Below are positions 1 to 12,589 of a stretch of 64,000 bases of DNA, one piece after another. The position numbers were made by a program, and so were the translations under genes. The notes below the pieces were generated by a model, which saw only the letters and a list, made by a program, of their open reading frames with translations, was not told where the DNA came from and ran no database searches. Origin of the DNA: Felis catus. Lineage: Eukaryota. The stretch is from NCBI RefSeq assembly GCF_018350175.1, contig NC_058368.1, forward strand, positions 33,048,001-33,112,000. The letters are read 5' to 3'. The stretch's first letter is position 1, and every line of letters starts with the position of its first letter.

Positions 1-121
1 TACAGAGAAATTTTCTCCTTTCTATCCCTACTCATTCACTTGGTGATAGATTCAATTAACATCCATATTGGTTTGCTAAGGCTGTCATAATAATACCACA
101 GATGAGGTGACTTAAAAGTTA

Positions 122-700
122 TAGGAATCCCCCCTTATTTGTGGGGAATCTATTCCATCCCCAGTGGGGTCCTGAAACCATCAACAATACTGAATCCCCT
201 ATCTACTATGTTTTTTTTTCTACACATATATAACTCTGATGAAGTTTAATTTATAAATTAGGCACGGTAAGAGATTAACAACAATAGAACAATTATGACA
301 ATATACTTAATTTTTTTTAATTTTTTTTAACGTTTATTTATTTTTGAGACAGAGACAGAGCATGAACAGGGGAGGGGCAGAGAGAGAGGGAGACACAGAA
401 TCTGAAACAGGCTGCAGGTTCCGAGCAGTCAGCACAGAGCCCGACTGGGGGCTCGAACTCACAGACTGTGAGATCATGACCTGAGCCAAAGTCGGATGCT
501 TAACCGACCAAGCCACCCAGGCTCCCCGACAATATACTTTAATAAAATTTATGTGACTATAGCCTTCCTCCAGAGATCTTACTGTACTGTGATGGTGTGA
601 GATGATAAAACGCCTATGTGATGATATGAATGAGGTAAATATGTAGGCATAGTGACAGTATTAAACTATTACTGGCTCTCTGACATGTCGGAATGATATG
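122..700 (-). mobile_element. MER44/Tigger7-like DNA transposon remnant, interrupted by a SINE
   Basis: TIR-like cccccttatttgtgggga; internal motifs aagtttaatttataaattaggcacggtaagagattaacaacaata and gtgagatgataaaacgcctatgtgatga. Confidence 0.8.
309..527 (-). mobile_element. Can-SINE (felid SINEC)
   Basis: Poly-T, tttattt, (GA)n, B box gggctcgaactc, head gccacccaggctcccc; TSD gacaatatactt at 297-308 and 528-539. Confidence 0.97.
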
Positions 701-1104
701 TCAGGCTATCTCTCTCTGTCTTCTTAAAAGGACACAAGCCATATTGGATTAAGAGCCACTCATAGGATCTTGTTTAACCTTTAATTGCCTATCTCTGAAT
801 ACATTTACATTCTAAGATATAGATTCCAGTTTTACTCTATATTACCTTATACATTTTCTTTCTTAAAGGAAAAACTATGACATCATTCAAAAGTCTTGCA
901 AAGCCTACAAAAATCTCATTCACCATGTCATCCTCATTTACTTTCCTAACTTCCTCTTCTTTTTCAGTAGTAATCTAAATTCAAGCTATACTATTTCATA
1001 AGTGGTTTCTTGGATGTCCCAAGATACTTTGAGGGTTTCTTTACATGTAAACATAATGTCCTGTCTATATGAAATATACTTCTCATCTTGAACATGACTT
1101 CTCT

Positions 1105-1233
1105 TCATTTATTCATTCTTTGGCTCATTTGTTTATTCAAATAGTTTTTGAGCTCCTATAGTGTATGGAGCACATTTTTAGGTGCTGGGAATAAAACAGT
1201 AAAAGAAATGACAAGGTTTCCTCATTGAATTGA
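1105..1233 (-). mobile_element. L2 3' end fragment
   Basis: attcattc...gagctcctatagtgtatggagcacatttttaggtgctgggaataaaacagt resembles the L2 terminus. Confidence 0.65.
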
Positions 1234-1387
1234 CTGTCTTCATTCTAAGACTCTTACTCTTATCTTGGAGTTTATTTTATGAAAGTTGCCCATGACCCCC
1301 ATGAATATTGCTCTGGCAACAGTGCACAATGCTAACACCAGTTATATTATGTTGACAATATAGCCATCTTGATAGACTAAAAGTTTC

Positions 1388-1598
1388 TTTTTTTTTTAAA
1401 CATTTATTACTGACAGACAGAGAGAGACAGAGCATGAGCAGGGGGGTGCAGAGAAAGAGGGAGACACAGAATCCAAAGCAGGCTCCAGGCTCTGAGCTGT
1501 CAGCACAGAGCCCGACGCAGGGCTCAAACTCATGAACCGTGAGATTATGACCTGAGCCAAAGTCAGACGCTCAACCAACGGAGCCGCCCAGGCACCAC
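1388..1598 (-). mobile_element. Can-SINE inserted in the A-tail of the adjacent SINE
   Basis: Full SINEC body ending gccgcccaggcacc; flanked by aagtttcttttt and aaatttcttttt. Confidence 0.95.
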
Positions 1599-1602
1599 AA
1601 AA

Positions 1603-1793
1603 TTTCTTTTTTTTAATATTTATTTTTGAGAGAGAGAGAGAGCGCGTGCACAAGTGGAGGAGGGGCAGAAACAGAGAATCCCAAACAGGCTCCCTGCTGT
1701 CAGCACAGAGATTGATCTCCCCAACCATGAGATCATGACCAGAGACGAAATTAAGAGTTGGATGCTCAACCCACTGAGCCACCCAGGCACCCC
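1603..1793 (-). mobile_element. Can-SINE, older subfamily with internal deletion
   Basis: Head ctgagccacccaggcacccc with aagagttgga insert; outer TSD atagactaaaagtttctt / atagattaaaggtttctt. Confidence 0.93.
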
Positions 1794-2451
1794 AATAGAT
1801 TAAAGGTTTCTTAAAGGCAGAACGTATGGATGAAATATAGGAGGAAAGTGTATGGAAAGTTGTCAGCAATTAATATTTATGGCCTGAAATAATAAGTGCA
1901 TTTATCAATAACATATTTAAATGAACCCTTATATGCTGATGATTAGAACATTACATTATTGTACATGCTATGAAGACTTAGGGATGTTCTAAATACTTAG
2001 TTTTGCTAATCAGAAATAATGACTGCATGATAGAATTTCTCATTTCCTGTTCATGTTCATGAAAAGTGTTATATAGTTTTCTAAAAGCAACAAATATAAC
2101 TGGTAAAATAAGGCTAGATTTTATGACAAAGTAATATCTTTAAAATATGTAATTTTCCAAAATGTAAAATTCATTATTATTACTATAATTATTCTTTTAA
2201 TGAAAACTTTCACAGTTAGCTCTCCTCAGTACTTTGGCACCTAGTGTATTTTTGGTGTTAACTTACACTATTCTTAAGGTCATGGTATCTACTTGTTCTT
2301 CATTTTTATATAATTTCTCAATGAAGAGATTATCACTCTGTAATTAATTTCACATATTTAGGAGGTCTTCTCCATTTATCTCATATACGGAAATACTTAG
2401 TCTGTCTCTGTTGATGGTGAAATTTGAATTGATTGATTAGGAATAAGTCAA

Positions 2452-2467
2452 TTTCTTTAATGTTGTT

Positions 2468-2506
<39 letters not shown>

Positions 2507-2676
2507 ATTTAGAATGCAAGGAGGGGACGGGCAGAGAGAGAGAGGGAGAGAGAATCCCAAGCAGGCTCCAGACTGTCAGTGCAGAGCCTGATGTGAGACT
2601 CATGAACCCATGAGATCAGGAACATAGCCAAAATCAAGAGTCATATGCTTAACTGACTGAGCCACCCAGGTGCCCC
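2452..2676 (-). mobile_element. Can-SINE containing an (AG)17 microsatellite at 2469-2502
   Basis: SINEC body and head gactgagccacccaggtgcccc; degenerate TSD gaataagtc / gaatgagtc. Confidence 0.93.
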
Positions 2677-3089
2677 AAGAATGAGTCGGCTTTAGAAGAC
2701 AACTTAAATTTTGTTTTTGTGTGTCATTGTAAAATGAATTAAGTTACAAGTACATAATATCTATATGTGTATCAATATATATATTAAATGATAGAAAAGA
2801 TTGGATGGTCTTGCTCTGTCTTGTAATTTTGTTTTGTTATGTCATTGGTTAGTCTTGTTACATATCCTGCATCAGTGTTTTTCCCCTATCTTCTTTTTAA
2901 ATATATTTTTCTTAATTCTTCCTATGAGTCAGAGATATTCCCATGACTCTTTATTCTTCATTTTATAAGCATGACCCCTGTTTTACAATTCAAAACTTTT
3001 TATAGCTTTTCTATTTGCTAGGTTGTAGATACTTCTCCAAAAATAACTTAATCATCATTAACTATATAAGCATGTAAGTACTTACTTTT

Positions 3090-3214
3090 TTTATCTTTGT
3101 GTATAGGTAAGAAAACTAAAGCCTAATAAGATGAAGTACTTTTTCAAAGGACTTACAGTTCATCAGTGGTAGACATAGGATCTGGAGTGAGACTCCAGAG
3201 TCTGTGCTCTTAAC
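3090..3214 (-). mobile_element. MIR fragment
   Basis: ataggtaagaaaactaaagc...gactccagagtctgtgctcttaac. Confidence 0.65.
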
Positions 3215-4794
3215 TTGCATTTGGGTCCTGAGTTCAAAGTGGAATATTTTATTGATTTGCATTTCAACTTCAATTTTTAATATTCAGTTATCCCTTTAAT
3301 CTGTACTAGAGTATAAAGTAAACATAGAATCTTAAAGATTCAGTATCGTTTTACAAATGAATTTATATAGACTTGAAGGCATAAACTGCATAGTTAACTC
3401 TGTTGATGTGTCAAGGCAGTAATTGTTGGTATTGGCATGTGCAACTCAACATTGAATGTGCAGGAACTCTTGGTATTTACTAAATTCATGGGATGACCTG
3501 ATTTCAGAGAGTCAATATGAAAATGCAGTCAAATGGCATTATTTATATCCTATAACTGTGTTGCTTATAAGAAAGCATTTCACCTAAGCACCAGGGAGAT
3601 ACCAGTATTATATTACACATATGCTATGGTGTTTAAGGCAAATTCTGTATACATTTACTAACAAAAGTAATATATTTTTAATAATAATTAATATTAAAAT
3701 ATTTGATATAATATATGATCAAAGGAAGTCTTAGGAGCAGTTAACCTTAGAAGTTATAGATTTCTAAAGATGTGCTGCAAAAAAGTCTTAGTAATCCTGT
3801 AAGAACACCTGTATAATTAAGAATAGACCTAATTATTAGATTGGTTGACACTTGCATGATATTCCATCATAAGGTCACTGCTCTGTTAAATCATGTGACA
3901 TTTTATTTTTAATTACGAAATTCAATTATATTTATTCTTATTTTAAAATATCTTATAAAGTAGCAGCTCATAAAGTAGGCTGAAGATGCTTAAATAAAAC
4001 TTCTAACAGTTACGATATGCACTATTTTTCTGGCTTGTTGTGAAATGCATTTTTTGTGACATTTTAGCTTGAGTTAGTACACAGAAATTGCTGTTTCCAT
4101 CCCTTGGAAACAATGACAACTGAAACTATTACATTGTGCAATATCCCAAGACTTGGCTTATTTTCTTTCTTTTATTTATTTATACCCAAATTCACACATC
4201 CATGAAGTAAAATAGTTATTTTGTTATGCCTCTTTCCAGCCAAATATATTGCCTATTAATTCTAATTTCAACAGCGTTTAAGTAGCTATTGTGAAAGAAT
4301 GTTTTTAAGTAAGGACAATTCTCTTTCAAAAAAGCAAAAATGGGTTTCAGTTGTTCTTGAACCCAATGTATTGAGGATTTATCAAAATCTCCAGACTAAT
4401 TAAACAATGTACCTACCATAGGAATTCTGATTTTCTGTCTCATGCACTCATACACACGGTTTTAAGTTGAAAGCCAACTCGCCTTGGCAGGAGATTCAAT
4501 TTACATTGCAGAAGACAGTTGACTGCAAATGAACAGTGGTTTTGCAAAAGATACATGATTAAAATGGGAAATAGCTTTGGTCCACAATAAATACAGCCTA
4601 CACTGTATATGATTATTAATTCACTAGAAGTTAAAAGATCCACCATAATAAAGTTTTAATTCCCTCTTGTGTTTATTTCAACTGAAATGAGTTGGAAAAA
4701 ATAAATTAATGTATTAGAATAGATCAATATATATCACCACTTTTCAACAGTAAATTGAAATGGTTAATAAAACATCTGATTGTTTTCGTACCAG

Positions 4795-5021
4795 TTTTTT
4801 TTTTTAATTTTTTTTTTCAACGTTTATTTATTTTTTGGGACAGAGAGAGACAGAGCATGAACGGGGGAGGGGCAGAGAGAGAGGGAGACACAGAATCGGA
4901 AACAGGCTCCAGGTTCTGAGCCATCAGCCCAGAGCCTGACGCGGGGCTCGAACTCACAGACCGGGAGATCATGACCTGGCTGAAGTCGGACGCTTAACCG
5001 ACTGCACCACCCAGGCGCCCC
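4795..5021 (-). mobile_element. Young felid SINEC_Fc-type SINE
   Basis: Diagnostic gggacagagagagac, ccatcagcccagagcc and cctggctgaagtcggacg; TSD tgttttcgtac(c/t)agtttt at 4781 and 5022. Confidence 0.98.
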
Positions 5022-5324
5022 TGTTTTCGTACTAGTTTTGAGGAGAGATCAAGATTATTCTTAGATGAACAGTGAAACAGGATAAATGAATAGTTGAAAG
5101 GTCAGTGTTATTCTTGTAAAAATGCATAAAAGGTTGTAACTATCCTTTTTGATTTTTGACAAATATTACTTATTTTTAATTTATACATTTACTTATAGCT
5201 GTACAAAATATATTTTAAAAATCTTTTGAATTATACTTTTATTTGCGATGGGAAGCTATAGCATAGGTTAGTGCTTTGGGGACATAAACAGGGAAGATGA
5301 GTTTGAGACATTTTTGTGTCATTT

Positions 5325-5559
5325 TGTTTGTTTGATTTATTTGTTTATTTATTTATGTATTTATTTATTTGAGAGAAAGAGCGTGAGTCGGGGAGAGGAC
5401 CAGAGGGAGAGAGCGAGAGAGGGAAAGAGGGAGAGAATCTTAAGCAGGATTCACGCTTAGCACTGAGCCTGGCGTGGAGCTCAGTCTCACAATCCTGAGA
5501 TCATACTCTGAAGAGAAATAGAGTCAACTGCTCAACCGACTCAGCCACCCAGGGACCCC
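5325..5559 (-). mobile_element. Can-SINE, older subfamily
   Basis: (TTTA)n tail, gagagaatcttaagcagg, head ctcagccacccagggacccc; degenerate TSD ttttgtgt. Confidence 0.9.
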
Positions 5560-7562
5560 AAGTTTTGTGTATTTAATTAGGTTAAATACTAATAAGAATA
5601 CTTACAGAGTATTCTCGTATGAATTTTCAGGATGTGGACCCCATCTTGCATTAATGCCTGTAATATATTTTTCATGAATATTATACATTAAAAATTTGTC
5701 TTATCTCTCAGGCAGAGTCCAAATAGATAACTATTAGGTTTCCTAGATAGGTAGATTGATTGGTAGGTAGATAAACAGATGGATAGATTGATTTTATATT
5801 AAAAGATTAAATAAAACTGATTTTAGAGATCATATGAATGTTTTATTTCCAGAATATGTTGTTCTATAGATGATATTTATAAAGATATGCATGTGTAAAG
5901 AACATAAGTTAAATTCTGAAATTAATATTATAGGCAATTATAAATTAATACTGCTCCTTCGGAAAGTGAAATTTCACAGTGTTATTACTGCATTTCTTGA
6001 GTGAGGCCATAGAAAATTATGAAACTAATTACTGTGACAACGGAATATTTTTTCTTTTCCTATTCTGTTTGTTTTTAATGAAAAAAATGTACTTTTTTCA
6101 TTAAATGAATGAAAATGTAGCTCCATGAACATCAGAATAATCCCGGAATATTATGTATGTATTAGTAAAGTTTAAATTTTTTTTTCTTGAGTAATTATGC
6201 TTACTTCTAGGCCAGTACTATGTATCCAAAATAAATAAGCAATGTTATTCTATGTATTTTTTAAGAATTAATTTCAAAGAAAACTCTGTATTAAGTCAAA
6301 CTTCTAAATTTTTCATAAATCACACATGGTAACTTTTAGGCATAATCTTTATATTATCATGAACCTTGTTTAATTACTTCAGGGATAATTCAGATATGAA
6401 TTTAATAACCATTTCACTGAAATGATAAAATTACTTTGTATGCAGAATGCTCCTGATAGCATCCAGAACTTGTGCCTGCAAAGGTTGTTTTCATGCAGGT
6501 GTAAATGCATTTCGAGAGGTATGTCATCCAATTATATCTTGAATCTATCAGTAACCATTGCATCAATCTTTAAAAGAAGTCTCATAAAATAAACACTTAA
6601 AGTAGATTCCCTTGGTTGTAACTGAATAGAATGAACTTCAAGTAAACATTCTCCCCATTCTAGGTAAAATCAACCTGTTAAATTAAAATTTACCTTTTGG
6701 AATAAAAATTATTTTAGTTTAAGTTGTCACTGAGTAAATTAGTGTTGATTTAATTTGCCTGTAGAATTTTAGAACAAACCCCTACTCAAAACCCTTTGCT
6801 ACCTTCCATTCTCTCATGGAAGCCACGGATTTAAAAGTTTAAAGCAAGAAAGCAAAATTTCTTGGCTCTTGCAGTGTGGCACAGAATTTGGCCACTGTTG
6901 CAAATTTATCCCTCAATAAAAAAGAAAGAAAAAATAAAATCATGAAATAATTTACATTTACATTTTAAAAATTCACATTTTGATAAGCTGACATAAGTAG
7001 AGATATAATGTTTGAGTTGGAAATGCTAGAGCAATAATTGTGTTCTAGATAAAGAGTCTTCCCATTTTCCCTGCCTTTCTTCATTCAATCGCCAGACTCC
7101 CTGATTTATACTGTGGTGTCCACTTCACAGCACAAAGAATTTTCATTTGTTTTATTACAGTCCCATTTTCGGTTAAAGGTATAGGTGGCTTAGGGAAGAT
7201 TTGGCCAAGCTAACACTCAATTCCAGTTTTTAAAACATAACTATGCTTGAAAAAACGTGAAATTGAGATAAAAGCTAATATAGTCTTTTAAATGTGAAAT
7301 ATAACTGTCACTTTATATTCACCTAAACTATTGCTTTTGCTATAGTCACAAAATGTGATCACTTTGGTCCACATATGTAAATGAACCACAAAACCAGGAG
7401 CTGCATACTCCACAACTAGATAACTGGATTTCAGAGAAGTTATTTTTTTGTCCCCTAGATTCATCTTAAATACATATGAGAATTGGTAATAGGTTAGATT
7501 GATAAGAATTAGGTCCCCAAATGAAGTCATCTTGTTATGACTTTCCTCACAAAATGATTGCT

Positions 7563-7762
7563 TTAAAATTTTTTTTAATGGTTATTTATTTTTGGAGAGA
7601 GACAGAGCATGAGCGGGGTAGGGGCAGGGAGTGAGGGAGACACAGAATCCAAAGCAAGCTCCAGGCTCCAAGCTGTCAGCACAGTGTCCGATGTGGGGCT
7701 TGAACCCACAAACCGCGAGATCATGACCTGAGCCGAAGTGGGTGGTTCAGCGGGTTGAGTGT
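7563..7762 (-). mobile_element. Can-SINE with an apparently inverted 5' head (7740-7762)
   Basis: Antisense body runs to gagccgaagt, then gggtggttcagcgggttgagtgt matches the sense SINE head. Confidence 0.9.
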
Positions 7763-7826
7763 AGAAGAAGACATGAATGTGGACAGATAAATTCCAAACA
7801 TGAATCTTTTGAAAATGGGAATCACG

Positions 7827-8055
7827 GGGGCGCCTGGGTGGCGCAGTCGGTTAAGCGTCCGACTTCAGCCAGGTCACGATCTCGGGGTCCGTGAGTTCGA
7901 GCCCCGCGTCAGGCTCTGGGCTGATGGCTCAGAGCCTGGAGCCTGTTTCAGATTCTGTGTCTCCCTCTCTCTCTGCCCCTCCCCCGTTCATGCTCTGTCT
8001 CTCTCTGTCCCAAAAATAAATAAACGTTCAAAAAAAAAAAAAAAAAGAAAATTTA
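7827..8055 (+). mobile_element. Young felid SINEC_Fc-type SINE inserted in a MIR remnant
   Basis: A box tggcgcagtcgg, B box gagttcgagccc, long A tail, perfect 16-bp TSD gaaaatgggaatcacg at 7811-7826 and 8056-8071. Confidence 0.98.
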
Positions 8056-9229
8056 GAAAATGGGAATCACGATAGTGCCTACATCATAAATTTGTCCACA
8101 TGTGAAGAATCTAGAATTATGTGTGGCTTATATTAATATTTTGTAATTATTCAATACATTTTTTATGTTAACTGCCCTGGGAGTTAAATGATGTGAATAG
8201 AGCAGATAGTTACTTACAATTTTTATCAAATTAAACTACACCCAGAGAATGTTAATGTTGTTGAGTCAGGAATATTTCCCATTTCAGTCAGTGCTGGCTT
8301 AGGTCCTATATCATGGCCAACATCATTGATTACTCATTAACTTGCTCGATAATTCTTGTGCCATTGATTTCTTAGTAACCCACATCAATCTATATAGGAA
8401 CTGACCTTATCAAACCTAGTCATTTTACATTTGAGCTAAGACACAGCTCAAGTGACTTGATTATTCCTATATTACATAATCAAAGAGTGTCTTTATTCAC
8501 CTGTCATTTTTTTTTTTGACTCAATAAGGTCCAGCAATTTGGCTTAGCAGTGTAGTCAAGATCTGTCATTATCTGTGTAGTGGCACATTAAATGAACATC
8601 ACTAAAACAGCTATTTGGAAATCATTCACCTAATAAGCTTTATTCCTCACATTAGTGAACATAATTCTCGTCCTTTACTGGCCAGGGATCTCACTGAAAA
8701 AATGTCAAAAACTGAAAAAAGTGCTCAACCCTCCAAATGCACATACATTCATAGTATAAGTTTTGTGTAAAATGGACTACAAATCTTAATGAACCAAGAT
8801 GGATATTTCACTTTGCATCAAAATCTTCTTGCAGTTTGAACACACCTATTACATGAAATAGGGGACTTTTGTATGACTGTTAGTTCACCGTTAACTAGAA
8901 AATATAAGTCTTATCTGTAGAATGGGTAAGGATAACTGAAAAAAAATCTGCAAATTCTGTTTTAATACTTTTTTCAATATTTATCATGATTTCATCATAC
9001 ACCTTGACATTTTCTACAGTATCTATATAGATATAGATAGGAATATGTATTTTATATAAATAATTTTCCCCCAAAAGAGTAAAGAGTTGTGCTGAGAACA
9101 GTTTTTTAAATTAAAATCTCTATACGATGCCTTTAAGCAGTTGTTTTTTATGTTAAAATTACACAGGCAGTGGGAATTTTTTTCTGATCTCTGTATTCTG
9201 TAATGGGAAGTGTAGTGACTAAACATCTG

Positions 9230-9480
9230 TTCTTTGGAGCAGAGACCTATATTAACCACATTACATACTGGTTGTGCAAACTTGGGTAACTTAATCTTTT
9301 CCATAAATCACTTTTCATTTATTATTTATTGGGTAACTTAAATTTTCCTTGTAAACTGGAAATAATGGTAGGAAGAAAAAGAACAAGAAGGGAAGGCAGA
9401 GGAGTGGGAGGAAGAGGAAATATATTATTGGGTTGTTTTAAGAAATAATTTAAAATGTAAAATTCTTAGAATAATATTGA
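9230..9480 (+). mobile_element. MIR remnant
   Basis: ctttggagcagagacc...cttgggtaacttaatc...tgtaaactggaaataatggta...gggttgttttaaga. Confidence 0.6.
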
Positions 9481-10619
9481 TATAGAGAAATAAACCATTC
9501 AATGTGACTTATTACCATTTTTCATTTCACTGTGGAAATTAGAGCTATTGTCAAGACTCAGAAACAACAAAAATATCTCTACTCCCAGATTAACAATGTC
9601 ACACTAGGCTAATTTTTGGTGTTTATTTTAACTATCTAAGACTCTGATTTTATGTTTTTAATATGGGAGTTAAGATAATGAGTTTTATCAAAGGATTCTT
9701 ATCACAAATTAAAACCTCTCAGATTAGTTCTGTAAACATCATATTTTATAACTAGAAAAAAAATCTATTGGTGTTAAATAATTTGAATTCTTTTAAAGTG
9801 TCTACATTTTAGTTTGCAATTCATTTGGGAAAAAATTTGTCTCAACTAAATTCAATTTTTGTATTTCATCTTTAAGAAAAATTCATAATTAACCAATAAG
9901 CAATTTTTGCACCTTAATTGTTATACTTTATCAGTTTAAAATATGTCATTTCCATATAATGGTATCAGTGAATTTTAGGTTTTGAGCATCTTAAACATCC
10001 CTTAACTGATATTTAGAAAAGGTATAATATAACTATCTAACTCTGCCATATATGAAAATTAAGATTTAAAGACATTAACATTTGAAAATTACAAGAATAA
10101 ACTTGTTCTGGGAATTAAAGTAACTATCTCAGCAATTTCATAGCTACTAAGGTAATTGGTTTGGTTCACTTCAGACTTCTAAAAAATGTCATTCCAGAAA
10201 GATATATTAACTTATTTTTAGGAATTGCTAATCATCATTGAACTTAAAGCTATTTTATTTAATATGACAATGTGAAATAATGTTAGTATTTTATGTGCAG
10301 AGGATTGAGGTACTCATACCTTTCAGTTCTCAGTACATGACCATCATTAGCCCTTATTTTGAGTTATGTGTGTGCACATACATGTGTTCCTTTTTATCCT
10401 CAGTATTCATATTCAGTTATTAATGTATTTAACATATATTTTATTTAAATTCTTTTTTTACTATTGCATTTGGTATATTTTCAAATGCTAGCTTTATTCA
10501 AGTGTATAAAACCTATTGTTAGAATCCATAGGGGGAGGGGTAATACATTGATTACATTTGCTTTTTATTCTTTATTTTCCCATTTTGTGTCTAAATGCTA
10601 TCTGTATTCATGTGGCATC

Positions 10620-12540
10620 ACAGGAATAAAGAGAAGACCATGTTTCAAAAAGGAGTGATTGGCCAAATGCAGTAAAGTCTCCTGAAAAATGAAGTCAACA
10701 GAAGACCAAATTTGATTTGTTGTATTTAGTAACATTTAAAATCTTTTACACCTGCATATAAGTCAGAATTGTAGGGTTCTGTTATAGTCATGTGATTAAT
10801 GATGGGAGATGAAGAAGAGAAAGAGTGAACAACTGTTGCAGAATGCATGGAGGACAGGAAGGTTTTGTAGGGCTTTTGTTGGTTAGTTGATTGGTTCAGT
10901 GTGAATGGAAAACAGTGCACCGATATGAATATTAATGGCCCAAAACTCAGTGGGGGAGGAGGGGAGGGGAATGAAGGTAAAATGGTAAGATAATTGACAT
11001 TATACTGTCTGTGAGAAACCTGGTAGGAATGAGATTCAGAAAACAGATGGAGGATTTGGCTATTGAGAATTTAAGTTGGAGATAGTGGGTTCAGAGCAGG
11101 TGGTTTTAAGTTGATGGGAATTTGAGAGTTCATATCCTATGACTACACTTTTTTCCCCCCTGAACTGACAGAGAAAGGGGCTTGCGTTGGTCAGAGGTGA
11201 GGGAAGAGGAAACGTTTAAATGCTTTTTGGTGAGAGGCTGATCTCATTCAATAAATAAGGGGTATTTTCTGGGAGTTTTGAGAGCTCACTTCCAAACCAG
11301 AAATTTATAATGGTTATAACACAGCTTGCATTATTTTCACTAATACAATGGCATATTTATATGTTAATATATGGATGACAGTATATGCATCCATCAGTGC
11401 TAGGATTTTGTCAATTAGGTGTAATTTAAGGGGCAGTGTTGAGGAATCTTGGTATGTCTTAATTAAGAGTAAATAACAAGGGTGTCTGGGTGGCTCAGTC
11501 AGTTAAGCATCTGACTTTGGCTCAGGTCATAATCTCCCATTTTGTGAGTTTCAGCCCCGCATCGGGCTCTGTGCTGACAGCTCAAAGCCTGGAGCCTGCT
11601 TCAGATTCTGTGTTTGCCTCTCTTTCTCTCTGCTCCTCCTCCACTTGCATGCTCATGCGCATGTGTTCTCTCTCTCTTTCTCTCAAAAATAAACATTAAA
11701 TAAGTAAAGGGAAAGAAAAAAAAGAATAAATGAATAAGGAGAAGTATTGAGAAAAATGTATAATTGGAGTATCTGAATACACATGTTGTAATAGATGCTT
11801 AAAAAGTAATTTGGAAGGAGAAACCATTTCTTGTGATAGCAAGTTAAAATGCCTGGCTGCAGAAACTGTTGGTGAGAACAAATTGACAATGAAATTTATG
11901 AGGAAGTCAAGTCATTGAGTGAAGAGAAGATTAGATACACTCCCCATAAGAATGATAAATTCACTCAGAATCTTGGCAGCATTTGAACTGGGCAGGAAAA
12001 TCATATGCAAGAGAGATAATTGTCAGTGAATAAGGGGGAATGCCTTCGAGGGCAATGGGTTTATATACTAATCATAAGAAGTGGATGGGGGGCTGGATGG
12101 AATGAGGTTTAGAGAAGCAGATAACAAGGATGTAGAAGAATAATAAAGAACTGGCATTGGAAAGGAACTAAAATACATAACCCCATTTCCTGACAGTGAG
12201 GTAGATGCCACATAAAATGAAATGGCTGCAGTGAGAGCAATGTTCTGAGTTGATACACAAATTTGAGTTAATGATAGGACTAATATACAAGAAACATTCA
12301 GAGAAGCATTCTGGATGTGGGGGGAGGGACCATTTGTTAAAAAGAACGTTGGTCAAGTCTCAGACATTGGTGGAAAAGCATATGACACAGGATAGGAGTG
12401 ATAATTTAGATCAGGGTATAGAAAACAGCACTCTGGGAGGTGGAGAGATCATCCAACTGGTTTGTATTTTATTGACAACAAAAGCTTGAGTGTAAAACAC
12501 GGACTTAGATTTGGAGGACAATTGAAGGAGGCTAGCCAAA
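10620..12540 (-). mobile_element. Long degenerate L2 remnant, interrupted by a SINE
   Basis: Purine-rich L2 antisense-type text such as tgtttcaaaaaggagtgattggccaaatgc...tgtatttagtaaca; boundaries approximate. Confidence 0.55.
11480..11722 (+). mobile_element. Can-SINE
   Basis: gggtgtctgggtggctcagtcagttaagcatctgac head, CT tract, aataaa tail; degenerate TSD aagagtaaat / aagaataaat. Confidence 0.95.
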
Positions 12541-12589
12541 TGTACCAACAGACAACAAACTGAGCCAGACATTTTATTTTATTTTGATA

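Larger units (their letters stand above)
66..820 (-). mobile_element. MaLR LTR (MLT1A/B-like), split by MER44; pieces about 66-120 and 705-820
   Basis: tattggtttgctaaggctgtcataataataccacagatgaggtgacttaaa and tcttcttaaaaggacacaagccatattggattaagagccac resemble the antisense MLT1 consensus. Confidence 0.7.

Noticed and set aside
7827..7910. tRNA-like A and B boxes
   Set aside because: Heads of tRNA-derived SINEs, not tRNA genes
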